Shown in pieces: positions 53,529 through 64,000 of a DNA stretch of 64,000 bases. The position numbers and the translations under genes were made by a program. The stretch comes from an uncultured Nitrospiraceae bacterium. Lineage in GTDB: Bacteria; Nitrospirota; Thermodesulfovibrionia; Thermodesulfovibrionales; SM23-35. Each line of letters starts with the position of its first letter. The stretch's first letter is position 1. The notes below the pieces were generated by a model. That model did not search any database and was not told where the DNA came from. It saw only the letters and a list, made by a program, of their open reading frames with translations. The stretch is taken from positions 224,001-288,000 of the forward strand of contig CAVSHB010000004.1 in the NCBI GenBank assembly GCA_963727775.1, written 5' to 3'.

Positions 53529-54935
53529 ATGCGTCGAATGGTTGGAATCACTTTGCTCATAGTAGTCGGGCTGGCCATGATCGCCGGCGGTAGCGTCTGG
53601 TGGTTCCAGTCCAAAGGGAACAAGGGGCCGACGTTCCGCACGGCGCCGGTGAAACGAGGCGATCTGGTGGCAACTATCAGCGCAACGGGCACGGTCGAGC
53701 CAACGGCCGTAGTGGTCGTGGGCGCGCAGGTTAACGGGTTAATTAAAAGCTTTGGCAAGGATAAATACGGCAAACCCGTTGACTACGCCTCGCTCGTTGA
53801 GGAGGGCACCGTACTGGCAAATATCGATGATTCACTATATGTCGCAACTCGGGACGCTGCCAAAGCCCAATTAGAGCAGGCTACAGCCAATAAGACCAGC
53901 GCCGATGCCAACGTGCTCCAGATGAAAGCGAATCTGCTGCTTGCCCAACAGAATTGGGACCGGGCGAAAAAACTTGGCCCTTCGGACGCATTGGCGCAAA
54001 GCGCTTACGATCAGTATTATGCCAATTACGAGGTCGCAAAGGCGAACCTGGCAACGGCCGAGGCTGCCGTGGAACAGGCGAAAGCATCAATGGCGCAAGC
54101 CAGGGCTGCTTTGAACACTGCACAGATAAATCTTGGGTACTGTACCATCAAGGCGCCGGTCAAAGGTGTTATTATCGACCGACAAGTGAACATTGGCCAG
54201 ACCGTCGTAGCCAGCCTGAGTGCGCCGAGTTTGTTCCTCCTGGCAAAGGACCTCAAACGCATTACAGTTTGGATTTCAGTCAACGAAGCCGACGTCGGCA
54301 GCATATATCCTGGCCAGCCGGTTACGTTTACCGTCGATGCCTTTCCCAACCGTGAATTCAAAGGGGAGGTCGGAAAGATTCGCCTCAACGCAACGATGAC
54401 ACAGAACGTAGTCACATACACCGCCGAGGTGAATACCAACAACGACGACGGTAAACTCCTGCCTTATCTGACAGCCAACGCCAAGTTCATCACTGGCCGC
54501 AGGGAGAACGTGCTGCTTGTCCCGAATGCGGCGCTACGATGGGTACCACAACCGGACCAGATCGCGCCGGATGCTCGCAAAAAACACAACGCGGCGGAGG
54601 GCTCTAAACGAAAGAAACACGGCGACTCAGAATCTGCCGGCTCAAGGCAGACTCAGGGGAATATCTGGGTCGAACAAGGCAACTTTGTCCGCCCTATCCA
54701 CGTAAACGTCGGATTGACAGACGGCGCATTTACCGAGGTCACCGGCAAAGACGTGACTGACGGCATGGTCGTGGTCATTGGAGAAACGACAAAAGGCGAT
54801 AAAGCTGGTACGGCTACAGCACGCAGCCCACTTATGCCGCAACCATTCGGACGTGGACAGCAACAAAGTCAAACTAAGTCTGACGGTCCTGACAGTCCCG
54901 GCGCAGCGCGTGAGCGCAACGGAGCGCCGAAATAG
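53529..54935 (+). CDS. MacA-like periplasmic adaptor
   Basis: ISATGTVEP, VGAQVNG, GQTVVASLSAPSLF, VNEADVG and NVVTY. Confidence 0.9.
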   Translation: MRRMVGITLLIVVGLAMIAGGSVWWFQSKGNKGPTFRTAPVKRGDLVATISATGTVEPTAVVVVGAQVNGLIKSFGKDKYGKPVDYASLVEEGTVLANIDDSLYVATRDAAKAQLEQATANKTSADANVLQMKANLLLAQQNWDRAKKLGPSDALAQSAYDQYYANYEVAKANLATAEAAVEQAKASMAQARAALNTAQINLGYCTIKAPVKGVIIDRQVNIGQTVVASLSAPSLFLLAKDLKRITVWISVNEADVGSIYPGQPVTFTVDAFPNREFKGEVGKIRLNATMTQNVVTYTAEVNTNNDDGKLLPYLTANAKFITGRRENVLLVPNAALRWVPQPDQIAPDARKKHNAAEGSKRKKHGDSESAGSRQTQGNIWVEQGNFVRPIHVNVGLTDGAFTEVTGKDVTDGMVVVIGETTKGDKAGTATARSPLMPQPFGRGQQQSQTKSDGPDSPGAARERNGAPK

Positions 54936-54938
54936 ACT

Positions 54939-55649
54939 ATGGAGCTGATCGAGCTGAAAGACGTTCACAAGACCTACTACCTCGGCGAGGTCGCAGTTCC
55001 GGTGCTCCGAGGGATAACACTAAACGTCGCCCGCGGTGAGCTCGTAGCGCTGATGGGAGCAAGCGGTTCCGGCAAAAGTACGCTGATGAACCTCCTGGGT
55101 TGCCTGGACCATGCGAGTTCCGGCGAGTACTGGCTGGACGGCCAGGAGATTTCCAAGCTCACCGCCAAGGAGTATGCTCGGCTGCGAAATCGAACAATTG
55201 GCTTCGTCTTCCAGAGCTTCAACCTGCTGCCGCGTACGACAGCGCTGGAGAACGTTATGATGCCGCTGACCTACTCCAGGGAAAACCTCAGCGAGCAGCA
55301 AAAGAAACGGCGCGCCGCCGACCTTCTGCGCAAAGTGGGTCTGGCGGACCGCATTGACCACCAACAGTCTCAACTTTCCGGCGGCGAGCAGCAACGTGTG
55401 GCGATCGCACGGTCGCTCGTCAACCATCCACGGATACTCCTGGCCGACGAGCCGACGGGCAATCTCGACTCACGTACCAGCGCAGAACTGCTCCAAATGT
55501 TCCGGCAGTTGAACCAAGCAGACGGCATCACCATCATCCTCGTCACCCACGATCCCGTCGTAGCTCAATACGCCCAACGGATCATTCGCATCAAGGACGG
55601 CCTCCTTGAAGGCAGCAGTGAGCCGGTCGAAGCGGGAAGTGCCGCTTGA
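54939..55649 (+). CDS. MacB-like ABC ATP-binding protein
   Basis: GASGSGKST, LSGGEQQR and ADEPTGNLD. Confidence 0.95.
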   Translation: MELIELKDVHKTYYLGEVAVPVLRGITLNVARGELVALMGASGSGKSTLMNLLGCLDHASSGEYWLDGQEISKLTAKEYARLRNRTIGFVFQSFNLLPRTTALENVMMPLTYSRENLSEQQKKRRAADLLRKVGLADRIDHQQSQLSGGEQQRVAIARSLVNHPRILLADEPTGNLDSRTSAELLQMFRQLNQADGITIILVTHDPVVAQYAQRIIRIKDGLLEGSSEPVEAGSAA

Positions 55650-57007
55650 AGCTATTTATCACCATGAAAACTGCTTTGCATGCGCTCCGACGTAATGTCC
55701 TTCGCACGCTGCTCACTACCCTGGGCATCGTTATCGGGGTCGGAGCCGTAATCACGATGATGGAGATCGGCAACGGTGCGACCATTGCCATCCGGAAAAC
55801 CATGGCCAGCATAGGCGCCAATACACTGGTAGTCATTCCGGGAGCCGCGAGTACCGGCGGCATCAACTACGGAGCCGGCAGCCTCATGACGCTTACCCCG
55901 CAAGATGCAGATGCGATCGTCAAAGAGTGCCCTGCCCTTGCCAGCGTAGCGCCGATCGTGCGCGCCCGGACTCAGATAGTGTACGGAAACCGCAACTGGT
56001 CGCCGATGTATATCTATGGCACAACGCCTTCGTTTCTGGAAGTACGCGAGTGGACCGACTTGGAACAGGGAGAATCCTTTGACGAGCACGACGTGCGTAA
56101 CTCCAACCGGGTGTGTCTCGTCGGTCAGACAATCGTAAGAGAACTGTTCGGCGGACGTTCGCCCCTCGGCAAAGAGGTTCGCATCCGGAACGTCGCTTTC
56201 AAAATTGTCGGGGTATTGAAGATGAAAGGCGCAAACATGATGGGCATGGACCAGGACGATATCCTGCTGGCCCCGTGGACGACGATCAAATACCGCGTGG
56301 TGGCTACCTCTCTCGGCAGCTCCTCTCAGAGCGAGAGCGCTGCGACTATTTCGTCGTCAAATAATCCGTACGAAAATGTTTCAGTATCTCTGTACGCAGT
56401 TCCGTCGGCTACTGAACAGGCCAGCACGCCGCAACCGATCCGGTTTGCCAACGTAGACCAGATACTGACCGCTGCGCGGTCAAGCGACAGCATTCCTTCC
56501 GCCATTCAGCAGATCACCATGTTGCTGCGCGAACGTCACCACCTCAAAGCCTCCGGCCCGAATGACTTCAATGTCCGGGACATGACTGAAATCACAAAGG
56601 CGATGAGTTCGACTACTGATATGATAACGAAGCTGCTATTGTGCGTGGCGATGATTTCCCTGGTAGTCGGCGGTGTCGGCATCATGAACATCATGCTCGT
56701 CTCAGTGACCGAGAGGACCCGTGAGATCGGCCTGCGCATGGCCGTGGGCGCTGAACCGGGCGACATCCTTCGACAGTTTTTGACCGAAGCAGTAGTAATC
56801 TGCCTGCTCGGAGGGACTATGGGTATCATCCTGGGTCGCACCAGCTCGTATATCATCTCTTCGGTCTTGCACTGGCCGACGGCTGCTTCGGTCGGCGCAA
56901 TCTTTGCCGCAGTGATCGTGGCAGTGAGCGTGGGCGTTATATTCGGTTTCTATCCAGCGTGGAAGGCCTCCCGGCTCAATCCCATCGAGGCGCTTCGGTA
57001 TGAGTGA
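55646..57007 (+). CDS. MacB-like ABC permease
   Basis: LTTLGIVIGV, GGVGIMNIMLVSVTERTREIG and PIEALRYE. Confidence 0.95.
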   Translation: MKLFITMKTALHALRRNVLRTLLTTLGIVIGVGAVITMMEIGNGATIAIRKTMASIGANTLVVIPGAASTGGINYGAGSLMTLTPQDADAIVKECPALASVAPIVRARTQIVYGNRNWSPMYIYGTTPSFLEVREWTDLEQGESFDEHDVRNSNRVCLVGQTIVRELFGGRSPLGKEVRIRNVAFKIVGVLKMKGANMMGMDQDDILLAPWTTIKYRVVATSLGSSSQSESAATISSSNNPYENVSVSLYAVPSATEQASTPQPIRFANVDQILTAARSSDSIPSAIQQITMLLRERHHLKASGPNDFNVRDMTEITKAMSSTTDMITKLLLCVAMISLVVGGVGIMNIMLVSVTERTREIGLRMAVGAEPGDILRQFLTEAVVICLLGGTMGIILGRTSSYIISSVLHWPTAASVGAIFAAVIVAVSVGVIFGFYPAWKASRLNPIEALRYE

Positions 57008-58514
57008 GGCGGCAATGACGAACGCGAACGAAAAAAAGCCCTCCTTTTTGGTCTTTATCGCAGTGGTCGGGTTAGGCGTGTTGATGGTAAGTGGGTGCAT
57101 GGTAGGCCCGAATTTTATTCTACCGCAGTCTACAGTCCCCACTGAGTGGGTCGGAGTAACCAAGGCGGCAACTATCCAATCATCCGTGGCCACCGGGCAG
57201 CCAGCCGACCTCACGCAGTGGTGGCGGCCGTTCAATGACCCGACCTTGACCGCACTGGTCGAGGAAGCGATTAAAACTAACCTGGATCTACGAATCGCTG
57301 AGGCGCGTTTGCGACAGGCCCGCGCCGTGCGGGGTGTTGTCGCCGGAGGCTTATGGCCTTCGGTTACTGCCTCAGGCAGCTATCAGCGAATAAAGAAGGG
57401 TAGCGGCACACCGGACGATCAACAAGATCTTTATCAAGCAGGTTTGGACGCCGCATGGGAATTCGACTTTTTCGGCAGCCAGCGTCGCAGTGTCGAATCG
57501 GCCGACGCCACCGTCCAGGCCGCGGTCGAAGGTGTCCGCGATGCTCAGGTCAGCCTTATTGCCGAAGTGGCGCTCAATTACATCCAGCTTCGCGGTTACC
57601 AGCAGGAAATCGTGATTGCGCAGAACAACCTGAAAGCCCAAAAGCACACAGCCGAGATTACGCATAAACGATTGAACGTGGGCTTTGCCAGTGCGCTCGA
57701 CGCCGCCAATGCTGACTCTGATGTCGCAATGACCGAGTCTCAAATCCCGGTTTTTGAGAGCGCCGCGCAGCAGGCCATCTACTCGTTAAGTGTGCTACTG
57801 GCCCGACCGCCGGCGGATTTGTTGGAACAGTTGGCTCCGACGGGCACCTTGCCTACTGTGCCAGCTAAAGTCCCCGCCGGTTTACCATCGGACTTACTGC
57901 GCCATCGGCCCGATATCCGCGTAGCTGAGGCGCAACTGCATGCCGCCACCGCCCAAATCGGCGTCGCTGTCGCGGACTTTTTTCCGAGGTTTTCACTGAC
58001 CGGCGCGTTGAACTGGAACAGTAACCTTCTGCATACGTGGTGGAACGAATCCAGCCTATCGTCTGTCGTGGGACCATCGGTGACTTGGCCGATTTTCCAA
58101 GGTGGAGCAATTGCGTCGAATGTACGTTTACAGGAGGCGCTGCGCGACCAGGCGTTCATAACGTACCAGAAAACGGTCCTGGCGGCGTTTCAGGATGTGG
58201 AGAATGCGTTGATTGCATTTGCCAAGGAACAACAGCACCGTAAGGCGCTTAATGACGCCGTGGTCGCCAACCGTAAAGCCGTGGACTTGTCAGTGCAGCT
58301 TTACACCGAGGGCCAGACCGATTTTCTCAACGTGCTCAATGCCCAGCGTTCGCTTTACGCCTCCGAAGACGCATTGGTCCAGAGCGAACGCAGCATTGCC
58401 ACCGATCTTATCGCCCTATACAAAGCCTTGGGCAGCGGTTGGGAATCTGTACCGTCTACACCCTTAACTTCGACAAATACTGCTGCCGAGACAAAACGCC
58501 ATAGCAAGGAATGA
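57000..58514 (+). CDS. NodT/TolC-type outer-membrane efflux lipoprotein
   Basis: Lipobox VSGC-MVGPNF, PSDLLRHRPDI and LYKALGSGW. Confidence 0.92.
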   Translation: MSEAAMTNANEKKPSFLVFIAVVGLGVLMVSGCMVGPNFILPQSTVPTEWVGVTKAATIQSSVATGQPADLTQWWRPFNDPTLTALVEEAIKTNLDLRIAEARLRQARAVRGVVAGGLWPSVTASGSYQRIKKGSGTPDDQQDLYQAGLDAAWEFDFFGSQRRSVESADATVQAAVEGVRDAQVSLIAEVALNYIQLRGYQQEIVIAQNNLKAQKHTAEITHKRLNVGFASALDAANADSDVAMTESQIPVFESAAQQAIYSLSVLLARPPADLLEQLAPTGTLPTVPAKVPAGLPSDLLRHRPDIRVAEAQLHAATAQIGVAVADFFPRFSLTGALNWNSNLLHTWWNESSLSSVVGPSVTWPIFQGGAIASNVRLQEALRDQAFITYQKTVLAAFQDVENALIAFAKEQQHRKALNDAVVANRKAVDLSVQLYTEGQTDFLNVLNAQRSLYASEDALVQSERSIATDLIALYKALGSGWESVPSTPLTSTNTAAETKRHSKE

Positions 58515-58683
58515 AGAGCACGTGGCAGAATCGTCTGTTGCTGACAACGCAAAGGAGATATCGCTTAAGCTGTGGAGCGACATGTCTTCTTCAAGAAGAA
58601 CGGGGCAGAAAGAAATATAAAGATGGGGAGAGAATTAAAGAAGAATCACCTTTAAGAAAAACACTTTTTAGGAGAGCGAAGTA

Positions 58684-59884
58684 ATGAAAAAGGTATCGGT
58701 CTTATTGCTCTGTTATGCGTTAATCTTTGTACCGTTTGCAACATCTGCCGCAATAGGCAGTAGAGGGCAGGATAATATCTCTCCATCTGTCAGTCCGGGG
58801 AACGGCGCCTTTTCGGCTATACACCCTGTCAACTTAACTAACATCAGACCTTTGAATTCCGTGCCCCATAAATCTTTAGGAAACGAAGTCATGCAATTCA
58901 AGGCGGGCAGCCATATCATGGGCTTTAAGCCTAACAGGGTGTATCTTGTCAACACGGCAGGTTTTTTGAGCGTGGAGTTCATGGGGACCAATGGAGTAAT
59001 GCCGAAGGCATCGGCAGGCAAGGCGCAGGGACTGGAGCAACTCGGCAAGGTAGAGTATCAAGACCTATGGGAAGGGATTACCCTGAGCTATGAAGGGGTT
59101 GGAGGAGGGGGCATAGCGGAGAGCACATATAGAATAAAGCCGGGCGCAGACGCAGGGAATATAAGACTCAAATACAGTGCGGAGACAGAGCTTCAGAAGG
59201 ATGGCTCGTTGAGGATAAAGCTTCCGACGGATCGGGGCTGGATGATGGAGAGCAAACCGTTGGCATGGCAGGAGATAGGTGTCCAAAGGATACCGGTAGA
59301 AGCCGCCTTCAGGATTGAGAACGGGCAGATTGGTTTTAGAGTGGCCGAATACGACAGAAATCGGGACCTTATCATAGACCCGACATATCAGTGGCATACC
59401 TTCTTCGGGTCGGTAGCGGGTAATGATTATGGCAATGGCATAGCGGTAGACGGCAGCGGCAACGTGTATGTGACGGGATACAGTAATGCCACATGGAATG
59501 GCCCCGGAGCGACTGCTCCTCTAAACGCTCATAGCGGCGGCGAAGACACTACATATTTGTGCTGAAACTCAACACAAGCGGGACATATCAGTGGCATACC
59601 TTCTACGGCTCGGGCGGTGATTCCGGCAATGGCATAGCGGTAGACGGTAGCGGGAACGTGTGTGTGACGGGCCAAAGTGCTGCCACATGGAACGGACCTA
59701 GCGGACAGATCCCTCTAAACGCTTACAGCGGACAGATATTTGTGCTGAAACTCGACACGAGCGGGGCATATCAGTGGCATACCTTCTACGGCTCGGGCGG
59801 TGATTCCGGCAATGGCATAGCGGTAGACGGTAGCGGGAACGTGTGTGTGACGGGCCAAAGTGCTGCCACATGGAACGGACCTAG
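58684..59884 (+). pseudogene. SBBP (beta-propeller) repeat surface protein, frameshifted and truncated by IS1182
   Basis: Signal peptide, YDRNRDLIIDP and three GNGIAVDGSGNV.VTG repeats; frame change near 59550; ends at the IS. Confidence 0.85.
59553..59884 (+). repeat. Near-identical tandem coding repeat, 183-bp period
   Basis: 59553-59701 versus 59736-59884 differ at 3 of 149 positions; a more diverged unit begins near 59383. Confidence 0.9.
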
Positions 59885-61587
59885 GAGTCTGTCGGACTTG
59901 AATTGCTGTTTTTGACAGCGGTTGGAATCCGAGAGAGTCGATTGTAGTTATTTTTCATGATTTGATCGTCTGTCATCGGTTCTTTCCTGCCGGTGTTTTG
60001 TTGGATACATTATGCCATCGCCATTTTCAGGCGCCTACCTGGCTGTTCCTCAATGCATGCAGCCTTTTGATGTTCCATGCAATGCAGATCATATCCCACT
60101 CGCCATTGACTGCAGTAAAACCACGCAACAGGAATCGGTCAAATCCCATAGCTGCCTTGATTACCCCAAACGCCGGCTCCACAGTACTCTTGCGTATCGC
60201 ATAAATTGCCTTACCGGCAACTGTCTTCAACCGATGTTTCATTCTTGTCACTGCATCAGCATCAACCGGCAATGGAGGCGGTTCGACGAATCGCTCCCAT
60301 AAAGGCTGATTATGACTCTGCCGATCTACTGCTATATATGGCTCTATTCCTTTGCTCTCACATTCTTGCACATTTGCTTCGCTGTAATACCCGCTGTCGG
60401 CTATTATAGTTTTTACTTTGCCAAGTTGTTCGGGCAGATATGTAAGCGCTTCAAGCGCTGGTTTCATCTGCTGTTTGTCATTGGATTGTTGTGTTACATG
60501 CGTTGCGACAATAAGCATTGTTTCTGTATCCACGGCTGCTTGAGCATTATAAGCCTGCTTGAATCCTCCACCCGATGCCGGCATTATGCGAGATTCTTCA
60601 TCGGTCAGATTGACCTGATCTTTGTCAGTTGGCCCGGCTGCAGGCGGCTTGGGTCCTTTGCCTCGGGGTTTCTTGCCGCTCTGCTTTTGTTTGGCTACAC
60701 GCTCTGCCTGTTTCTTTTCACTGTCGGCTTGTTCCATTGCATGCCGCTCTGCCGCACGGCGCTCTATCTCAGCTTTTGCTTCAGCTATCATTTTCAGCCG
60801 CTTCTCTCGCCGCTCCAGCTCTTCCGGGATGTTCATGCCGTCAGGAATGTCAGCTTTGTCAGCAGCCTCAGCTTTCTTCATCAGTTCCGCCACTTCCACT
60901 TTCAACTTATTCTCTATTTTGCATGCATGCCCGTAGCTCAACGCCTTGTGCTTTGAGGCATTGGCTTTCATTTTGGTCCCATCCAAGCTGACCGTGCCTA
61001 ACTTCAATACCCCGGTTTCTGCTGCTATCATTAGTATCTGCACAAACAGTTCTTTCAGCTTAGGCAAAAACCGACGTCGAAAGGTTGCTATTGTGTCATG
61101 GTCAGGGTGACTGTTGGCTGCCACATACCGGAATGCTACAGAGTCGTACGTGCTACGCTCTAATTGCCTGCTCGAAAAGACTCCCGTCGCATATCCGTAA
61201 AATAATAATGCCACCAGCATCTCAGGGCTGTATGCCTCACTGCCTCGTCCTGCATAATCATTTTTCAACCGGTCAAGATTAAGCTGATCCACTATCTCTA
61301 CGACAAATCTCGCCAAGTGACCCTCGGGCAACCATTCCTGCACCGACGGCGGAAATAAATATATCGTCTCTCTGTCACATTGTTTGAACATTATGCTGAT
61401 CTCCTGTTGTTCATTCTTATGCCGCTTGTCTATTATGCCATAAGGAACGCCCATGCAGGTCTGTCGGACTTAGATAATTACAGGCCGAAAAGATTTCTGC
61501 TGCCCAGTTTGCAATAAAGGTTCTTAAGAGACTGCCGTGTCCTTCAAGAAGTAAACTTTTCAGAAATGTTGAAAGTCCGACAGACTC
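59885..61587 (-). mobile_element. IS1182-family element (1703 bp)
   Basis: Perfect 15-bp IR GAGTCTGTCGGACTT; CTAG on both sides (59881-59884, 61588-61591). Confidence 0.93.
60027..61454 (-). CDS. IS1182-family transposase (start possibly 61391)
   Basis: LPEGHLARF, YGYATGVFSSR, PDHDTIATFR, DGTKMKANAS, ADSGY and VEPAFG. Confidence 0.93.
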   Translation of the reverse strand: MGVPYGIIDKRHKNEQQEISIMFKQCDRETIYLFPPSVQEWLPEGHLARFVVEIVDQLNLDRLKNDYAGRGSEAYSPEMLVALLFYGYATGVFSSRQLERSTYDSVAFRYVAANSHPDHDTIATFRRRFLPKLKELFVQILMIAAETGVLKLGTVSLDGTKMKANASKHKALSYGHACKIENKLKVEVAELMKKAEAADKADIPDGMNIPEELERREKRLKMIAEAKAEIERRAAERHAMEQADSEKKQAERVAKQKQSGKKPRGKGPKPPAAGPTDKDQVNLTDEESRIMPASGGGFKQAYNAQAAVDTETMLIVATHVTQQSNDKQQMKPALEALTYLPEQLGKVKTIIADSGYYSEANVQECESKGIEPYIAVDRQSHNQPLWERFVEPPPLPVDADAVTRMKHRLKTVAGKAIYAIRKSTVEPAFGVIKAAMGFDRFLLRGFTAVNGEWDMICIAWNIKRLHALRNSQVGA

Positions 61588-63662
61588 CTAGTTCGGACGG
61601 GAGTGTTGTCATCCATGAATCCAATAAACTGACCATCAACAAAACCATGTGGGTCTTTAATCTTTTGGTGGCGAACATCTTTTTTGGGGAATCCGCTGAT
61701 GATGTCTCGATTTCCTTCTTCCTTAGTTTTGTTACGATAGAGGTTAAACCTTGCTTGCTGCACAGATTCGTTAGTGCCGATATAAATCATGTCCGGAAGC
61801 AATTCTCTGATGTCAGGTTTTTGCGTAAATTGAACTATTTTGGCTTTGCGAATCAGGGATTGCAATGTATTAGAAATCATTTCGAGAGGAAGGTTCCAAT
61901 TGATCTGGAGACTGTCCTTGGTAAGAAATGTTAAGTCCCGCACAACCACCTTGTTCTTGTTGCCCTTTTCATTGTGTTGGTAACTCCAGATAGTGAACGC
62001 AATCGGAAAACGGCCTTTGATCTTGAAGAACTCGTTCCCCAAGATGATAAAGCCCATCTCGTATTTGAAATAGGTGTCAAAAAGTCTTCTGAACTCGCCA
62101 TACGTTGGCCGTGGAATTAGCCACGATGTCGGTGTGAAGATCAAAATCAAGGGCGTCTCTACTTTCTTTGTGTCTAACGGCGCGGGAAGATGGATGTTCT
62201 CAAAATTCAACTCCATTAATGACATATCACCCATTTGGACACGAGAGATATTTATGATTTGCCCAAGGAAAGCCAATTATCGTTCTTTACCGGCATCGTT
62301 GCCTGTCAAGTCAAGAATCGAAGGATGAATCTGATAAGCTGCCTCTACTGCATCGCGAACTTCTTCCTTTTCGTCAGTGTTTTTGTAGGGCGGATTGAGC
62401 AGAAACGCAATCGGCTTGTCGAACTTGAAATTTTGTTCCTTCAGTTCCGTCATCAGGCAGTTCACATAATTCTCAGCCGATTTGTCCAAGAAATTCAGGC
62501 CTTCGTTTGTGCTCGTCTTCGGAATGATGGTAAAGCCACCGTCGATCTGATCAGGATCAAGCTTCATTCGCCGCTCAATGGTTTTGAGCAGGTCAGGCTG
62601 CAACTCGGAAATAATCTTGTGTTTAAGGTGTCCTCTCCAACTTGTTACTAAATTGCCAGAGCCGCCAGCCGGATCAAGAACAATATACTTGTCGCTCAGC
62701 TTATTCTCAAAGAACTCATGGACGAACCAAAGGGCAAATTTGCTGAGATTGTTGTCCGTGAAAAAAATGCCATGTTGCTTGGCATATTCTGGCTTGAGGC
62801 GGGTGATAACTTCGTCGAATCGGCTGAAGTAGTAATCAACCGTCAGACCAGATCCCTCGTTAGTGAAGACAAATCGATTTTCTACGAACTTTTTGAACTC
62901 TTCATGGAAGCGGGGCTTGATTTTCAGTTCCTCGCTGTATCGTGTTCCTTTCTTTCCGAACACGCGAACTTTGTCGGAGTGTTCATCGAATGCAACTTTT
63001 GACGTAACATCCCAAAAACCGACAATGGCGTAGAAGCAGTGAACAGCATCCAACGGATCCACGAAGAATTTTTCCAGCTGTGCAATATGGTCTATGAAGT
63101 TGTGCGTGTTGATCTGAATGCGTTCCGCTTCCAAGTTCTTCAGCGCTTGAACGAACTCCGGGAGTGCCGTATCGAAATCCCTCTTAAATAATCCCTCAAG
63201 GTCTTGAGGAAGTAACCTGAAATATGTTGTATTGAGGATTTCTGTGGCTTGTGCCTTTGTAGTCCGTCTTGCATTTTGGACTCCGATGTCATTCGGAGCC
63301 GCCGATGCATCCGCTTCTGCCGATAGGCGCTTCGCATAATCTGGGATACTGTTCACCTTCCAGATCGCAACGAACTTCTGAGCGACAACGCAGACCGCAG
63401 AGAAGCTCAGCCCTTTTTTCGCATAATGGAGTGCTTGATAGAATCCTTTCCGCCAATCGTCGAGCCCGGATTTCAGTTCGACGAGCAATTTTCCTTCAAC
63501 ATAGATGTCGGCACCTTCAGCATTCGATTCTTTTTTGAACTTAATGCCGAACAATTTTTTGAACAGAGGGAATGTCAAATAGTCTTTGGCTTTCTCACCG
63601 CCAGGATTGAGCAGGTAATCCCTGAATTGGTCAAGCTCATTTTGGTATGATTCTTTCCTCAT
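61588..63662 (-). pseudogene. Type IIG-like fused nuclease / N6-adenine methyltransferase with internal stop, truncated by IS1182
   Basis: ADIYVEGKLLVELK (PD-(D/E)xK-like), GIFFT, DPAGGSGNL (motif I) and LNPPY (motif IV); TAA at 62277-62279 is followed in frame by ORF 61560-62276. Confidence 0.75.
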
Positions 63663-64000
63663 CTTCTTTTAACCCAACAATGATTATACATGCCCCATAA
63701 TTTAAGGCTTTACGAGGAAACTATACCACAGTCGCAGCGTTTAGAAAAAGGGAAACTGTGTGAGATCAATAAGCTGACTCTAGTCTTACCCCCATTTCTT
63801 GGCAATAGGGACTAATTACAAGGTCGGTTGTTGGAAAGTTGTCTGCGGTGATTGCCAGACGAAAACCATAGTGCTCATCTCTTTGTGACTACTGTTGTCT
63901 TCAGGAAAGCATCGATAGGCATAACAGATCCTCTCGTGTGACAGTTATTTTCGGAAGCCAACGGTCTCGCTGAAAAGGCTGGTGTCTCAGTTATCAGATG

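Noticed and set aside
59383..59884. Possible CRISPR array or DGR template/variable repeat
   Set aside because: Repeats are 183-bp in-frame coding units without unique spacers. The three differences are A-to-G, but there is no reverse transcriptase or cas gene in the window and three sites are too few.
63663..64000. Possible gene or IS end at the window edge
   Set aside because: No ORF, inverted repeat or motif I can support.

Overview
Bacterial accessory-type region heavily colonised by insertion sequences: 8 IS copies from 7 families (IS256 x2, IS110, ISL3, IS3, IS1634, IS1380 nested in IS1634, IS1182), about 11.8 kb in total. I read most ends and target-site duplications directly from the sequence, and six copies sit inside genes. 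Resident genes from left to right: an AT-rich cluster of three TPR + GT41 (O-GlcNAc-transferase/SPINDLY-like) paralogs with a SAM methyltransferase; a UvrD-like fragment; c-di-GMP and two-component signalling genes; tolQ-tolR-tonB-like genes; three tripartite efflux operons (MdtABC-type RND and two ABC types) plus an MFS; two paralogs of an unrecognised secreted protein family, one beside DUF2950; a broken SBBP-repeat surface protein; and a broken type IIG-like restriction-modification gene. The most interesting element is the IS110 (about 9722-11564). It has an unusually long (~510 nt) multi-hairpin 3' non-coding region resembling a bridge/seek RNA, and a perfect TTGACA-N17-TATACT promoter would form only on circularisation. 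One internal loop matches both halves of an intact site about 35-55 bp outside the predicted left end. Also notable are an ECF-type promoter motif shared by three loci next to a truncated ECF sigma factor, a reciprocally inactivated 296-bp duplication, and a pair of small proteins with identical four-cysteine spacing. All family assignments come from motif recognition by eye; no database searches were run.
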